Shown here: in pieces, positions 1-12,018 of the stretch
How positions within the stretch are numbered: position 1 is the stretch's first letter
Layout of the letters: each line of letters begins with the position of its first letter
NCBI GenBank assembly: GCA_029263725.1
Contig: JAJUFS010000002.1
Span: forward strand, 785-64,784
Direction of reading: 5' to 3'
Origin: Gammaproteobacteria bacterium
GTDB taxonomy: Bacteria > Pseudomonadota > Gammaproteobacteria > Natronospirales > JAJUFS01
Length of the DNA: 64,000 nt
The notes under the pieces: generated by a model
Seen by the model: the letters and a program-made list of their open reading frames with translations, nothing else
What the model was told of the DNA's origin: nothing
Databases searched by the model: none
Made by a program: the position numbers and the translations under genes

Positions 1-2
1 TG

Positions 3-344
3 CTGTTCTGCTGTTCGAACGAAGCCCACTGGAATGCGCTGCCGGAAGAGGAGCGCGACGCCATCATGCGCGAGTATGGCGAATGGATAGAGGCGCGCCG
101 CGCCGACGGCACGTACCTGCGCGGCGGCAAGCTGCATGATACGCCGGCTGCACGCAGCATCCGGCTCGCGGAAGGCGGCACGATCGTGCGTGACGGTCCG
201 TTCGCGGAGACCAAGGAACAGATCGGCGGCTTCCACATCCTCGAGTGCGAAAGCGAGGACCAGGCGCTCGCGCTGGCGGAGATGATCCCCACCCTGCGCG
301 CCGGCGCGGTGGTCGAGGTACGGCCGATGCGCTGGGAACACTGA
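3..344 (+). CDS. YCII-related (YciI/DGPF-like) domain protein, 5' end cut by window edge
   Basis: The frame stays open back to position 3 (LFCCSNEAHWNALPEEERDAIMREYGEW...). The C-terminal part, GPFAETKEQIGGFHILECESEDQALALAEMIP, is typical of YCII-family proteins. A hairpin terminator follows. Confidence 0.75.
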   Translation: MFCCSNEAHWNALPEEERDAIMREYGEWIEARRADGTYLRGGKLHDTPAARSIRLAEGGTIVRDGPFAETKEQIGGFHILECESEDQALALAEMIPTLRAGAVVEVRPMRWEH

Positions 345-365
345 AAAATTTTTCCGGCAAAGGAA

Positions 366-399
366 AACGCCCGCGTTGCCGCGGGCGTTCCCGTTTTTT
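366..399 (+). terminator. Rho-independent terminator, probably bidirectional (convergent YCII gene and acs)
   Basis: A perfect 10-bp stem AACGCCCGCG/CGCGGGCGTT (366-375/380-389) has loop TTGC and is followed by CCCGTTTTTT. On the opposite strand the stem is followed by TTTTCCTTT. Confidence 0.8.
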
Positions 400-437
400 C
401 GGAGTGACGCATCATCCTTGAATCGCGCCGTGCGCCT

Positions 438-2381
<1,944 letters not shown>

Positions 2382-2661
2382 GGAAGTCCTCCCTCGTCTG
2401 CGGGCGACGCATGCTGGTGCAGCGTGGGTTGTGGTTGTCGGCGCACTGCGTCATTTCGACCAAGGCATGATGGCGCGGGCCTGCCTGCTGATCAATGCTT
2501 CCGGCAAACGTCAAATTCCCGCCAGGGATCATGAACAGGCACGGTGAAGGACAGGCGCCCATGTCGGCTTCATGGGCGGGCTGGACGAGCACGCCGCCCC
2601 TGCGATGCGGCGGCGCGCCTCGCTTCCGGTGCGCGCGAAGTGCACGTTCCAGGGACCTCGC

Positions 2662-3324
2662 TCAGCGGCCCGCTTCCGCGGGCCCTTCCTTTTCCATCAG
2701 CTCCACGGGCTGCGGAACAATGTCAGGCTTCGCCGGCGCGAGCACGACATCGTAGTCGGTGTTGTTCACGTAACCCGCTGCACCGTGCATGGAAATGATG
2801 CGCGCTGGCACGCCCACCACCACCGCATTGTCGGGAACGTCCCGGCAGACCAGCGAGTTCGCGCCGATGGCGACATTGTTGCCGACGCGAATCCTGCCGA
2901 TCACCTTCGCGCCCGGACCGATGTAGACGTTGTCGCCGATGACGGGCGCGCCCTGGCGCTTGCCGCGACAGGTCACGCCGATGGTGACATCCTGCGAGAT
3001 GTTGACGTTGCGGCCGATCACCGCCTCGTTGCTGATCCAGATGCCGCCGAAGTGACAGATGTAGAAGCCGGGCCCGATCCTGGCCACGCCCGCGATCATG
3101 ATCCCGTACTTGAAGCCGAGCTGCAGCATCACGAGCTTCATGACGGGCAGGAACAGGATGCGCAGCAGCGTACGCGAGGCGACGAACTGCCGCACCCTCA
3201 GCCAGAAGCCGTACTTGAATCCAGGCTCGATGAAATAGTGGCGCAGGAATGTCCGCGCCGAGACCGTGCCGGCCCGCCGGTAGAGATCCGAACGGACCAG
3301 GAACAAGAGTTCACTGAAAGTCAT
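2662..3324 (-). CDS. hexapeptide-repeat acyltransferase, serine O-acetyltransferase (CysE)-like
   Basis: Left-handed beta-helix repeats are present (IGRNVNISQDVTIG, IGDNVYIGPGAKVIG, VGNNVAIGANSLV). I chose the start at MTFSELLF (ATG 3324) behind a GAGGGGG RBS. The upstream part of the 271-aa ORF has no support. Confidence 0.8.
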   Translation of the reverse strand: MTFSELLFLVRSDLYRRAGTVSARTFLRHYFIEPGFKYGFWLRVRQFVASRTLLRILFLPVMKLVMLQLGFKYGIMIAGVARIGPGFYICHFGGIWISNEAVIGRNVNISQDVTIGVTCRGKRQGAPVIGDNVYIGPGAKVIGRIRVGNNVAIGANSLVCRDVPDNAVVVGVPARIISMHGAAGYVNNTDYDVVLAPAKPDIVPQPVELMEKEGPAEAGR

Positions 3325-3543
3325 TTCCCCCTCTCTCCCTTCTCCCCTGTGCTGCCACCATAGGCCGCCATATCCCGAATCGGTATTGGTGCCAGGCTGT
3401 GTGTTCCCGCACCGTTCCTGATCACCGCTCGCTGTTCTTAGGTGAAAGCCCGGTCGTGTTGTCGCCCGTGCGGCCACCCTTGATTTTCCCTGGCCCGGGC
3501 GCAGTCATCATCCATTCCCCTGCTGTCTTTGCCGGAGCCCGCC

Positions 3544-4761
3544 ATGCGTAACGTCTTCTGCCTGCTCTGCCTGGTGATGACCATTCCGCTCCTTTCCCCG
3601 CCCGTACTGGCCGGCGAGTGCCGGCCGGTCGCCACCGATCCGCCGAACGCGCGCGACCAGGAACCGCACTTCCCGCACCAGGCGCGCGCCTGCGAGAAGA
3701 AGACCAACGTTCCGCTCAAGGTGGAAGTGCTCGCCGAAGGGCTCGAGCATCCCTGGGCCGTGGAGGTGCTCGACGATGACGAAGGCCTGCTGGTGACGGA
3801 ACGCGCCGGCCGGCTGCGCCATGTCAGCCCTGACGGCAAGCTGAGCGAGCCCATACAGGGTTTGCCGGAAGTGTTCGCGCAAGGACAGGGCGGGCTGCTG
3901 GACGTCATTGCCGATGATGACTTCGACGACAACCGCCGCATCTACTGGTCGTTCAGCGAACCGCGCGAGGGCGGCAACACCACCGCGGTGGCGCGCGGCA
4001 CGCTGTCACGCGATTACGCGCGCGTGGAGGACGTCGAGATCATCTTCCGCGCTGAGCCGGTGTACGACGGCGACAAGCATTTCGGCTCGCGCCTGCTCAT
4101 CGATGACGACGACGATCACCTCTACATTACCCTCGGCGAGCGCTCCGACATGCCGATGCGCGAGTACGCGCAGCGGCTGGACTCGCATCTCGGCAGCGTC
4201 CTGCGCGTCACCACGGACGGCAAGCCCGCGCGCGGCAATCCATTCATGAATCGCCAGGACGCGAAACCGGAAATCTGGAGCTACGGCCACCGCAACATCC
4301 AGGCGGCGGCCTTCGACGATGACGACCGGCTATGGGTGATCGAACACGGCGCCAACGGCGGCGACGAACTCAACCTGGTGAAGAAGGGCGCGAACTACGG
4401 CTGGCCGAGGGTTGCCTACGGCATCGAGTACTCCGGTGAACCGATTCGCGGCGCCGTCACACACAAGGAAGGCTTCGAGCCGCCGGTGTATTACTGGGAT
4501 CCGGTGATCGGCCCTTCCGGCGCGCTCTTCCATGACGGCGACATGTTCGAGGAATGGGAAGACGACCTGCTCATCGGCGGGCTCGTCGCCACCGGCATCG
4601 TCCGGCTCGACATCCGCAACAGGAAGGTCGTCGGCGAAGAGCGCCTGCTCACCGAACGCGGCCGCCGCATCCGCGACATCGCCGAAGGCGACGACGGCGA
4701 GCTTTACGTCGTCACCGATGAAGCGAACGGGCAGTTGTGGAAAGTGACGCGTGGAAGGTGA
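3544..4761 (+). CDS. PQQ-dependent sugar dehydrogenase (soluble aldose/sorbosone dehydrogenase, YliI-like), secreted
   Basis: The signal peptide MRNVFCLLCLVMTIPLLSPPVLAG and the motifs GHRNIQAAAFD and GGDELNLVKKGANYGWP are typical of the six-bladed sGDH/YliI family. Confidence 0.88.
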   Translation: MRNVFCLLCLVMTIPLLSPPVLAGECRPVATDPPNARDQEPHFPHQARACEKKTNVPLKVEVLAEGLEHPWAVEVLDDDEGLLVTERAGRLRHVSPDGKLSEPIQGLPEVFAQGQGGLLDVIADDDFDDNRRIYWSFSEPREGGNTTAVARGTLSRDYARVEDVEIIFRAEPVYDGDKHFGSRLLIDDDDDHLYITLGERSDMPMREYAQRLDSHLGSVLRVTTDGKPARGNPFMNRQDAKPEIWSYGHRNIQAAAFDDDDRLWVIEHGANGGDELNLVKKGANYGWPRVAYGIEYSGEPIRGAVTHKEGFEPPVYYWDPVIGPSGALFHDGDMFEEWEDDLLIGGLVATGIVRLDIRNRKVVGEERLLTERGRRIRDIAEGDDGELYVVTDEANGQLWKVTRGR

Positions 4762-4799
4762 ATGGACAGGATCTGCTTTTCGCCGGATTCGCGACGCGA

Positions 4800-5864
4800 C
4801 TACAGCGGCGCGACGCGATCCAGCCAGTTGCCGCTGGCCATGAGTTCCTCGAACTCATCACCGAGGCGCGTGCTGGCGTCGATGACGGCACGCCACAGGC
4901 GAATGCGTTCTTCCTGGGGATAGCGATAGAAGTCCTTGCGGTCGGGAATCCTGCCGCCGGGAAGCGCGGTGACGAATTCCTGCGATGGCGCGAGCAGGAC
5001 AAGGTTGTCGAGGTTGCGGCCGCGAGCGCGCCGCCAGGGCAGCGCCTTGTCGAACCAGCCGGGCACGAGGTGATCGTAGAAATGCGGATAGAGCACGATC
5101 CCGTCATCCATGCCGAAGTCGATGTCGAAGTGATAATCGGTGAGCCCGCCGTCGCGATACTTGCCGCGCGGCGCGCCCGGCACCTCCACGCCTTCCAGCA
5201 CCAGCGGAATGGAACCGGAAGCCAGCAAGGCCGCACGCAGGTTGTCCGCGTCCAGCGGCAGCACGCGGGTGGGCAGGTCGCGCAGCGCCTGGAACGGCGA
5301 GTCGCTGCCGTTGCCGAAGATGACGCGCTCGAACTGCCAGCCAAGGGTTTTCCTGCTGACGGCATTCGCGAAACCCGCGATTGCCATGCTCAAGGCCAGC
5401 GGCAGGCGATTCTCGCTGCAGCTCATGCCACGGCAGCGCACGGTGACGACATGCAGCGCCAGGCGCGCATTCGCAAGGATCTCGCCGATGCCGTCTTCAC
5501 CGAGCACGTGATCGAGCATCACGCGCGCGACGCGTGACACTTCCGCGGCGTCCGGATCGGGATTGTCGTAACGCTGCCGCTCGACGTAGGCCTCTTCCAG
5601 GCGGCGCACGGCGGCAAGCGGATCGGCCTGCGCGGCACAGGCCATGCGCCAGCTGCCTATGGACGAACCAAGCAGGTGCAGCCGCGCCTCCCGCTCCACG
5701 GCTGCAAGCCTCGGGAACAGCACGCGATCGAGGCCCGCGATGGCGAGCCACTTCGGGCCGCCCGAGGCGCCTACCATCATGCGGACATCATCGAGCCTGA
5801 GGCCGCGGTCCCTGATGCGTGCCAGCGCCCGGGGTCCGGCAAGTATCTGCAAGGCGTGCGTCAT
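4800..5864 (-). CDS. patatin-like phospholipase family protein (cytosolic, no signal peptide)
   Basis: It carries a glycine-rich GASGGPKW segment, the GSSIG nucleophile elbow (GxSxG) and a YRDGGLTDY (DGG) catalytic Asp motif. ATG 5864 overlaps the yaiI stop by 4 nt (ATGA). The rest of the 564-aa ORF-track call is read-through in another gene's space. Confidence 0.82.
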   Translation of the reverse strand: MTHALQILAGPRALARIRDRGLRLDDVRMMVGASGGPKWLAIAGLDRVLFPRLAAVEREARLHLLGSSIGSWRMACAAQADPLAAVRRLEEAYVERQRYDNPDPDAAEVSRVARVMLDHVLGEDGIGEILANARLALHVVTVRCRGMSCSENRLPLALSMAIAGFANAVSRKTLGWQFERVIFGNGSDSPFQALRDLPTRVLPLDADNLRAALLASGSIPLVLEGVEVPGAPRGKYRDGGLTDYHFDIDFGMDDGIVLYPHFYDHLVPGWFDKALPWRRARGRNLDNLVLLAPSQEFVTALPGGRIPDRKDFYRYPQEERIRLWRAVIDASTRLGDEFEELMASGNWLDRVAPL

Positions 5865-6319
5865 GATTCTCCCTGTTTGCGTTTCGCGAGCAGCGCGTCG
5901 AGGTGATTCGCGAACGCCTTGCGCTCGGCCTGGCCCATGGCCGGCGGACCGCCGGACTGGATGCCGCTGGCACGCAAGGTGTCCATGAAGTCGCGCATGT
6001 TGAGGCGCTGGCGGATGGTATCCGGCGAGTAGAGTTCGCCGCGCGGGTTGAGCGCATGCGCGCCTTTCTCCATCACCTCGGCGGCCAGCGGAATGTCGGC
6101 GGTGACGACGATGTCGCCCGCTTCCGCGCGGCGGGCGATTTCGTTGTCGGCGACATCGAAGCCCGGCATCACCTGCAGGCTGCGAATGAACGGCGAGCGC
6201 GGCACGCGCACCGTGCGGTTGGCGACCAATGTCACCATCACGCGCGCGCGGTCCGCGGCGCGAAACAGGATTTCGCGAATCGCGACCGGACAGGCGTCTG
6301 CGTCGACCCAGATGTTCAT
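5861..6319 (-). CDS. yaiI: YaiI/YqxD family protein (UPF0178, DUF188)
   Basis: Close full-length resemblance to E. coli YaiI as I recall it ([11 protein letters not shown]..., [42 protein letters not shown]). Its start overlaps the macB stop by 4 nt. Confidence 0.92.
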   Translation of the reverse strand: MNIWVDADACPVAIREILFRAADRARVMVTLVANRTVRVPRSPFIRSLQVMPGFDVADNEIARRAEAGDIVVTADIPLAAEVMEKGAHALNPRGELYSPDTIRQRLNMRDFMDTLRASGIQSGGPPAMGQAERKAFANHLDALLAKRKQGES

Positions 6320-8268
6320 TCCGATGCCAATGCCACGACAGGGTCCAGCGTCGCCGCCTTGCGCGCGGGCAGCCAGCCGAACAGCAGACCGATGATGAAG
6401 GCGGAGGAAAACGCCAGCAGCGCGGGGCCGATGGAGAACACCACGCGCGTGCCCAGCGCTTCCGCCACCATGCCCGCGCCGAAACCGGCGGCAACGCCGA
6501 GCACGCCGCCGATGAGACAGACCACGACCGCCTCGGTACTGAACTGCAGCATGATGTCGCCGGTGCGCGCGCCTACCGCCTTGCGGATGCCGATCTCGCG
6601 CGTCCGCTCCGTCACCGACACCAGCATGATGTTCATCACGCCGATGCCGCCGACCAGCAGCGAGATCGCCGCCACCGAACCGAGCATCACGGTAAGGGTG
6701 TTCTGTGTCGCCTCCACCGCTTCCAGCAGGGATGCGGTGTTGCGCACCTGGAAGTCATCGGCACCGTGGCGGGCGCGCAGCAGGCCGGTGACCGCGGACT
6801 CGATCTCGTCGATGCGCGCCGCATCCGCCACCTGCACCCGCACCGAGTTCAGGAACTGCGCGCCGAACAGGCGCACGAAGCCGGTGGACAGCGGCACCAG
6901 CACGACGTCATCCATGTCGGAGCCGAAGGCGCTCGCGCCCTTCGCCTCCAGTATGCCGATCACCTCGAAGGGCACGTTGCCGATGAGCACGTAACTGCCG
7001 ACGGCGCCGAGCGGACCATCGGGAAAGAGATTCTTCGCGACGGTCTGGCCGAGCACGGCGACGCCGGTGTAGCGGCGCACGTCGTCCTCGTTGATGAAGC
7101 TGCCGCGCACCACGTTCCATTCGCGCACGCTCGCATAGTCCGGCCACACGCCGACCACGCTGGACTGGTAATCGAGCCGGCCGACGCGCAGCGTGGTGCG
7201 CGTGCTGCGTTCCGGCGACACGCCGGTGATGCCGGGAATGTCGCGCAGCGCTTCCGCGTCCGCCGGGACGAGCGTGGCGATTTCCGCAGACCTCACGCCG
7301 CGCCCGCCGGGAAACACCATCAGCACGTTGGTGCCCATGGACTGGATGCGTTCCAGCACTTCCTGCTTGCTGCCGTTGCCGATGGCCATCATCGCCACCA
7401 CCGCGCCCACGCCGATGACGATGCCGAGCAGGGTGAGCAGGGTGCGGAACAGGTTGACGCGCAGCGAGCGGCCGGCCATCGCCACCGCTTCCATGAAGTC
7501 GCCCAGCCAGGCGCTGTAATTCGCGACATGCGAGGCCTCGGCTCGCGTTCGCACGACTTCGTTGACGCGGCCGCTGTCCTCGATGATGCGGCCGTCGAGG
7601 ATGCGGATGACGCGATCGGCATGCGCGGCCACCTGCGGCTCGTGGGTGATCAGCAGCACGGTCTTGCCCTCGGCATGGAACTGCCGCAGCAGCGCCATGA
7701 CTTCCTCGCTGGTCTGGCTGTCCAGTGCGCCGGTGGGCTCGTCGGCGAGGATGATGGCGGGTTCGTTGGCGAGTGCGCGCGCGATGGAGACGCGCTGCTG
7801 CTGTCCGCCGGAAAGCTCGTTGGGACGGTTCGTTTCCTTGCCGCCGAGGCCGAGCTTCTGCAGCAGCTGTCGCGCGCGCGCGGCGCGCGCCTCGCGCGGC
7901 CGCCCGGCGTAGATCTGCGGCAGCTCGACGTTCTCCGCGGCGCTCAGCGCCGGCACCAGGTTGTAGCGCTGGAACACGAAGCCGAAGACGTCGCGGCGCA
8001 GCTCGGCGAGCTCGTCGTCATCCAGCGTGCTCACGTCCTTGCCGTTGACGAAATAGCGGCCTTCGGTGGCGCGATCGAGACAACCGAGGATGTTCATCAG
8101 CGTGGACTTGCCGGAACCCGACTGGCCCATGATGGCGACGAACTCGCCGGGATGGACCTGCAGCGAGACGCCGTCGAGTGCGCGAAACTCGGTCGCGCCG
8201 CTGCGATAGACGCGGCTGACGTTCTCGACCTTGAGCAGCGGCTGGGCGCCGTTCATGGCCTCGCTCAC
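6316..8268 (-). CDS. macB: MacB-type fused ABC ATPase/FtsX-permease (macrolide export family)
   Basis: It has an N-terminal ABC domain ([44 protein letters not shown]), a large periplasmic domain and a C-terminal FtsX-type 4-TM module. GTG 8268 overlaps the macA stop (GTGA); ATG 8256 is an alternative start. Confidence 0.93.
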   Translation of the reverse strand: MSEAMNGAQPLLKVENVSRVYRSGATEFRALDGVSLQVHPGEFVAIMGQSGSGKSTLMNILGCLDRATEGRYFVNGKDVSTLDDDELAELRRDVFGFVFQRYNLVPALSAAENVELPQIYAGRPREARAARARQLLQKLGLGGKETNRPNELSGGQQQRVSIARALANEPAIILADEPTGALDSQTSEEVMALLRQFHAEGKTVLLITHEPQVAAHADRVIRILDGRIIEDSGRVNEVVRTRAEASHVANYSAWLGDFMEAVAMAGRSLRVNLFRTLLTLLGIVIGVGAVVAMMAIGNGSKQEVLERIQSMGTNVLMVFPGGRGVRSAEIATLVPADAEALRDIPGITGVSPERSTRTTLRVGRLDYQSSVVGVWPDYASVREWNVVRGSFINEDDVRRYTGVAVLGQTVAKNLFPDGPLGAVGSYVLIGNVPFEVIGILEAKGASAFGSDMDDVVLVPLSTGFVRLFGAQFLNSVRVQVADAARIDEIESAVTGLLRARHGADDFQVRNTASLLEAVEATQNTLTVMLGSVAAISLLVGGIGVMNIMLVSVTERTREIGIRKAVGARTGDIMLQFSTEAVVVCLIGGVLGVAAGFGAGMVAEALGTRVVFSIGPALLAFSSAFIIGLLFGWLPARKAATLDPVVALASE

Positions 8269-9431
8269 AGCCGCGCCCCGAAGCGCGGCGTGCGCCGCGC
8301 GTCAGCCGCCGCCATGGCCGCCGCAGGCATGAGCACGACATCGCCTTCCTTGAGGCCGGAGCGGACTTCCGCCTCGCTGCGGTTGGCGATGCCGATCTCC
8401 ACCGTGCGCTTCTCGATGCGCTCGCCGACAAGCACCTCGGCCTGGTAGCGGCCGCGCTCGCCCGGCACGGGCACGAGCGCGGCAAGCGGCACCACCGGCA
8501 CGTTCTCGGCGCGCTCCAGCACGAAGAACACCTGCACGGTCATGTCCGGCAGCAGCAGGCGCTCCTCGTTGGCGACGTCGATCAGCGCCTTGTAGAGCAC
8601 CACATCGTTGACGATCTCGGGCGTGGGCTGGATCTGCCGCACGATGCCTTCGAAGCGCCGGTCGGGCATGCCCAGCGTGGTGAAGTACGCCGGCATGCCG
8701 GGGCGGATGCGGTTCACGTCCGCCTCGGCCACTTCCGCCCACACCGTCATGGTGCCGAGATCGGCGATGCGCACGATCTCCGGCGCGGTCTGGGTGGCGT
8801 TCACGGTCTGGCCCTCGACGGCGCTGCGCGAAACCACCGTGCCCTTCATGGGCGCATAGATGCGGGTGTAGCCGAGATTGGCGCGGTCTTCCTCGACGGT
8901 GGCGCGCGCCGAACGGATCTGCGCCTCGGTGGCGCGAATGCCGGCCTGCAGCATGGCGACGTTCGCCTCCTGCTCGTCGACGGCTTCCTTGCTGACCGCG
9001 TTGCTGCCGAGCAGGCGGCGATTGCGCTCGAGACGCAGCTCCGCGAGCCGAAGTTCGGCCTGCTGGCGCGCCTTCTGCGCCTCGAGATTGTCGAGGTTGG
9101 CCTCGTCCTTGCGCAGCCGGGCCTCATAGACGGTGGGATCGATCTCGGCGATCAGCTGGCCCTGCTCGACCTCGTCGCCGATGTCGACATGCATGCGGCG
9201 CAGCTGGCCGGAAACCTGCGTGCCGACGTCGACATATTCCTTGGGCTGCAGCGAGCCCAGCGCCGTGACGGTGTTCTCCACCGTGCCCCGCTCGACCCTG
9301 ACCTGCGGGCGCTGCCGGCTCGCCTCGTCATCGCCGTTGCCGCGCAGGAAATGCCAGGCGATCGCGGCCAGCGCGACGACGAGCAGCGCGACGGGGATCC
9401 AGCGGATTCGCCGGGAGGAAGGACTGGGCAT
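8265..9431 (-). CDS. macA: MacA-type periplasmic adaptor (HlyD/RND MFP family)
   Basis: An N-terminal membrane anchor is followed by a long coiled-coil hairpin (EARLRKDEANLDNLEAQKARQQAELRLAELRLERNRRLL), lipoyl and beta-barrel regions. It is immediately upstream of and coupled to macB. Confidence 0.9.
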   Translation of the reverse strand: MPSPSSRRIRWIPVALLVVALAAIAWHFLRGNGDDEASRQRPQVRVERGTVENTVTALGSLQPKEYVDVGTQVSGQLRRMHVDIGDEVEQGQLIAEIDPTVYEARLRKDEANLDNLEAQKARQQAELRLAELRLERNRRLLGSNAVSKEAVDEQEANVAMLQAGIRATEAQIRSARATVEEDRANLGYTRIYAPMKGTVVSRSAVEGQTVNATQTAPEIVRIADLGTMTVWAEVAEADVNRIRPGMPAYFTTLGMPDRRFEGIVRQIQPTPEIVNDVVLYKALIDVANEERLLLPDMTVQVFFVLERAENVPVVPLAALVPVPGERGRYQAEVLVGERIEKRTVEIGIANRSEAEVRSGLKEGDVVLMPAAAMAAADARRTPRFGARL

Positions 9432-9664
9432 GCATGGACTCCTGCAGGACGGGCCACGGCATTGACTGCGGATGCGGCGCGAAGGTTCAACGTGGCCCCG
9501 GATTTTCGCATGTTGCGGACCGTCGATGCGCCCCTGTCTGTCCCGGCATACACTCCTGACAGGGAATTTTCCTCAGGAAATCCTTCGTGGTTACGCGATC
9601 CCGATTTCGGGATGGCGGCAGAACGCTGTTAACATCGGCGCTTTCCCATCGCCATACCCCCGTC

Positions 9665-10501
9665 ATGCCGAATTTCCGTCGCCAACTTTTCCTGCTTGCG
9701 GCCGTGCTGCTGTCCTCGGCGTGCGCCACCGACGCGCGTCTCGCACGGCTGGAGGAAGCCAGCGCCATGCAGGTCCGCCTGCTGGCAGAACACAACGTCA
9801 TGCTCAACCAGCAGGCCGAGCTCATGGCGCAATTGATCGAAGCGCAGCAGCAGCAGCGCGAGGCCATCTCCGGCCTCGATAGCGCGCTGCAGCGCGAGCG
9901 AGCGCGCCTCGAGAAGGTGGTGCACAAGCTCGACCCGGAAAGCGACACGCCCGAGCCGGAGACGGTGCCCGTGCAGGTGGTCGATCACGAGGGCAAGGCG
10001 GTGGTCGGCCGCAATGAATGGGCCTGGTTCGACCTGCTCGGCCGCAATCTCAAGGCGCGCGTCGATACCGGTGCGCTCACCTCCTCGCTGAACGCCATCG
10101 ACCTGCAGCCCTTCGAGCGCGACGGCCGCCGCTGGATACGCTTCCGCGTGCCCGACCAGGAGCATCCCGACGGCGGCGACGTCTACGAGACCCGGCTGGT
10201 GCGCTACGTGCGCATCAAGCAGGCCTCGGCGGACGGCATGGACCGCCGCCCGGTGGTGAAGCTGCTGGTGCGGGTGGGCGAGCTGGTGGACGAAACCGAG
10301 TTCACGCTCAACAACCGCGAGGACATGCTCTACCCGGTGCTGCTCGGCCGCAGTTTCCTGCGCGATGTCGCCATCGTCGATGTCTCGCGCGTCTTCGTGC
10401 AGCCGAAGTTCCGCCCCGAGGAATCGCCGCCCGCCGTGGCCGAAGCCGAGGCGGACGCCGCGTCAGGCAACGGTGATGAAGCCACGGAGAGCGCCGAATG
10501 A
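9665..10501 (+). CDS. secreted retropepsin-like aspartic protease domain protein (annotated family name: ATP-dependent zinc protease / RimB-like)
   Basis: It has a signal/lipoprotein-like N-terminus (MPNFRRQLFLLAAVLLSSAC), a Q/E/L-rich helical segment, the core GRNEWAWFDLLGRNLKARVDTGALTSSLNA...WIRFRV and an acidic tail. The stop overlaps the next start (ATGA). Confidence 0.8.
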   Translation: MPNFRRQLFLLAAVLLSSACATDARLARLEEASAMQVRLLAEHNVMLNQQAELMAQLIEAQQQQREAISGLDSALQRERARLEKVVHKLDPESDTPEPETVPVQVVDHEGKAVVGRNEWAWFDLLGRNLKARVDTGALTSSLNAIDLQPFERDGRRWIRFRVPDQEHPDGGDVYETRLVRYVRIKQASADGMDRRPVVKLLVRVGELVDETEFTLNNREDMLYPVLLGRSFLRDVAIVDVSRVFVQPKFRPEESPPAVAEAEADAASGNGDEATESAE

Positions 10502-12018
10502 AGAGGCCGAACCGTACCGCGTTCTTCCTGCTGGTGGCGGCCCTGCTCGGCGCCGGCGCCTTCCTGACCTGGTACCGCCACGTCACCTTCGAAGTGCCCT
10601 TCCTGCCCGGCGAACGCCGCCAGGTCTGGTCGGTGGAAGCGCAGATCGACTTCATCGCCATGGGCGAGGCGGTGACCGCCTCGCTGGCCGTGCCCGGCAG
10701 CCAGCCCGGCTTCGAGCTCATCGGCGAACACACCGCCAGCCCGGGCTACGGGCTCGCCTTCGTGGAGAACAACGGCGCGCGCCGCGCCGAATGGTCCATC
10801 CGCCGCGCCGAGGGCCGGCAGACGCTGTATTACCGCGCCGACATGATGGTCGATCCCGAGACCCTGGAGGACAAGGTCGGCGTGCCGCCGCCGATCCGCC
10901 AGGTGGTGCGCGACGGCGGCCCGCAGGCCACGGCCGCGGCGCAGCTGCTGCAGAACGCCGAGGCGCGTTCCGCCAACCCGTACACGCTGGCCCGCGAGCT
11001 CATCCACGAGTTCAACCAGGAAACCCAGACCGCGCGCCTGCTGGAGCAGGAAAAGCCGCGCGGCGAATGGCTGGTGGAGCTGCTCAACCAGGCGGGCGTG
11101 GCGGCGCGCGTGGTGCTGGCGCTGGAACTGGAGGACGGCCGCCGCCGGCAGTCGCCGGTGCAGGTGCTGCAGGTCTTCGACGGCGAGCGCTATGCGCTGT
11201 TCAACATTCGCAGCGGCCGCCAGGGCCAGCGCGCCAACCTGCTCTTGTGGGAGTACCAGTCCGGCTCGCTGCTGGACGTGGTCGGCGGCCGCAACTCGGA
11301 AGTGAACTTCGCGATGATCCTGCAGGAAGTGCCGATCAATCGCATGCTGGAGGCCGGCGTGCTGCCCGCTGCGCAGCACTTCCTGGATTTCTCCATCCAC
11401 AGCCTGCCGCTGTCCGAGCAGACGCTGTTCAAGGGCATCCTGCTGATCCCGGTGGGCGTGCTGATCGTCTGCTTCATGCGCATCTTCGTCGGCCTGCGCA
11501 CTTCCGGCACCTTCATGCCGGTGCTGATCGCGCTCGCCTTCATCCAGACCAGCCTGGTCACCGGCCTGGTCGGCTTCCTGCTGGTGGTGGCCGCGGGCCT
11601 GATGATCCGCTCCTATCTGTCGAAGCTGAACCTGCTGCTGGTGGCGCGAATATCCACGGTGATCATCTCGGTGATCATCATCATCGCGGCGTTCTCGGTG
11701 CTGTCCTTCCAGCTCGGTCTCACCGAGGGGCTGAAGATCACCTTCTTCCCGATGATCATCCTGGCCTGGACCATCGAGCGCATGTCCATCCTCTGGGAAG
11801 AGGAAGGCCCGAAGGAAGTGCTGGTGCAGGGCGGCGGCTCGCTGTTCGTCGCGCTGATCGCCTACGTGGCGATGAGCCACCCGGTGGTGCGGCATCTCAC
11901 CTTCAATTTCCTCGGCCTGCAGCTGGTCATGCTGGCGCTGCTGCTGGTGCTCGGCAATTACACCGGCTATCGCCTGAGCGAGTTCCGCCGCTTCCGGCCG
12001 CTGGTGGAGCGCGGCTGA
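10498..12018 (+). CDS. inactive transglutaminase-like domain fused to 7TM module (UUP1 family membrane protein)
   Basis: The architecture read from the sequence is one N-terminal TM helix, a soluble domain of about 270 aa and a C-terminal block of about seven hydrophobic helices (LLIPVGVLIVCFMRIFVGLRTSGTFMPVLIALAF...). Its position between the protease and the ATP-grasp matches the described family context. Confidence 0.78.
   Translation: MKRPNRTAFFLLVAALLGAGAFLTWYRHVTFEVPFLPGERRQVWSVEAQIDFIAMGEAVTASLAVPGSQPGFELIGEHTASPGYGLAFVENNGARRAEWSIRRAEGRQTLYYRADMMVDPETLEDKVGVPPPIRQVVRDGGPQATAAAQLLQNAEARSANPYTLARELIHEFNQETQTARLLEQEKPRGEWLVELLNQAGVAARVVLALELEDGRRRQSPVQVLQVFDGERYALFNIRSGRQGQRANLLLWEYQSGSLLDVVGGRNSEVNFAMILQEVPINRMLEAGVLPAAQHFLDFSIHSLPLSEQTLFKGILLIPVGVLIVCFMRIFVGLRTSGTFMPVLIALAFIQTSLVTGLVGFLLVVAAGLMIRSYLSKLNLLLVARISTVIISVIIIIAAFSVLSFQLGLTEGLKITFFPMIILAWTIERMSILWEEEGPKEVLVQGGGSLFVALIAYVAMSHPVVRHLTFNFLGLQLVMLALLLVLGNYTGYRLSEFRRFRPLVERG

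Noticed and set aside
4800-6494. A 564-aa ORF suggesting a large fusion protein spanning the patatin and yaiI regions.
   Set aside because: Only the C-terminal 355 codons (from MTHALQ, ATG 5864) look like a protein, namely the patatin family. The N-terminal part is Arg/Pro/Ala-rich and overlaps the well-supported yaiI gene in a different frame.
6229-8448. Very long ORFs antisense to real genes, such as 6229-8448 (739 aa, opposite macB). Others are 58677-61463 (928 aa, opposite the M16 gene), 55184-57307 (707 aa, opposite the M2 gene), 33680-35674 (664 aa, opposite the RND pump), 10330-12027 (565 aa) and 45493-46512.
   Set aside because: Their translations are low-complexity Arg/Ala/Gly/His/Asp-rich strings with no recognisable domains. 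Each lies exactly opposite a gene with strong family signatures. In high-GC genomes the G/C-rich third codon position removes stop codons from the antisense frames, so such shadow ORFs are expected.
10420-10501. The idea that the acidic C-terminal tail of the retropepsin-like protein (...DEATESAE) is the glutamylation substrate of the adjacent ATP-grasp, by analogy with RimK acting on S6.
   Set aside because: The protease carries a signal/lipoprotein-like N-terminus and is predicted to be extracytoplasmic, whereas the ATP-grasp is cytoplasmic. Direct modification therefore seems topologically unlikely, and I kept this out of the findings as a claim.
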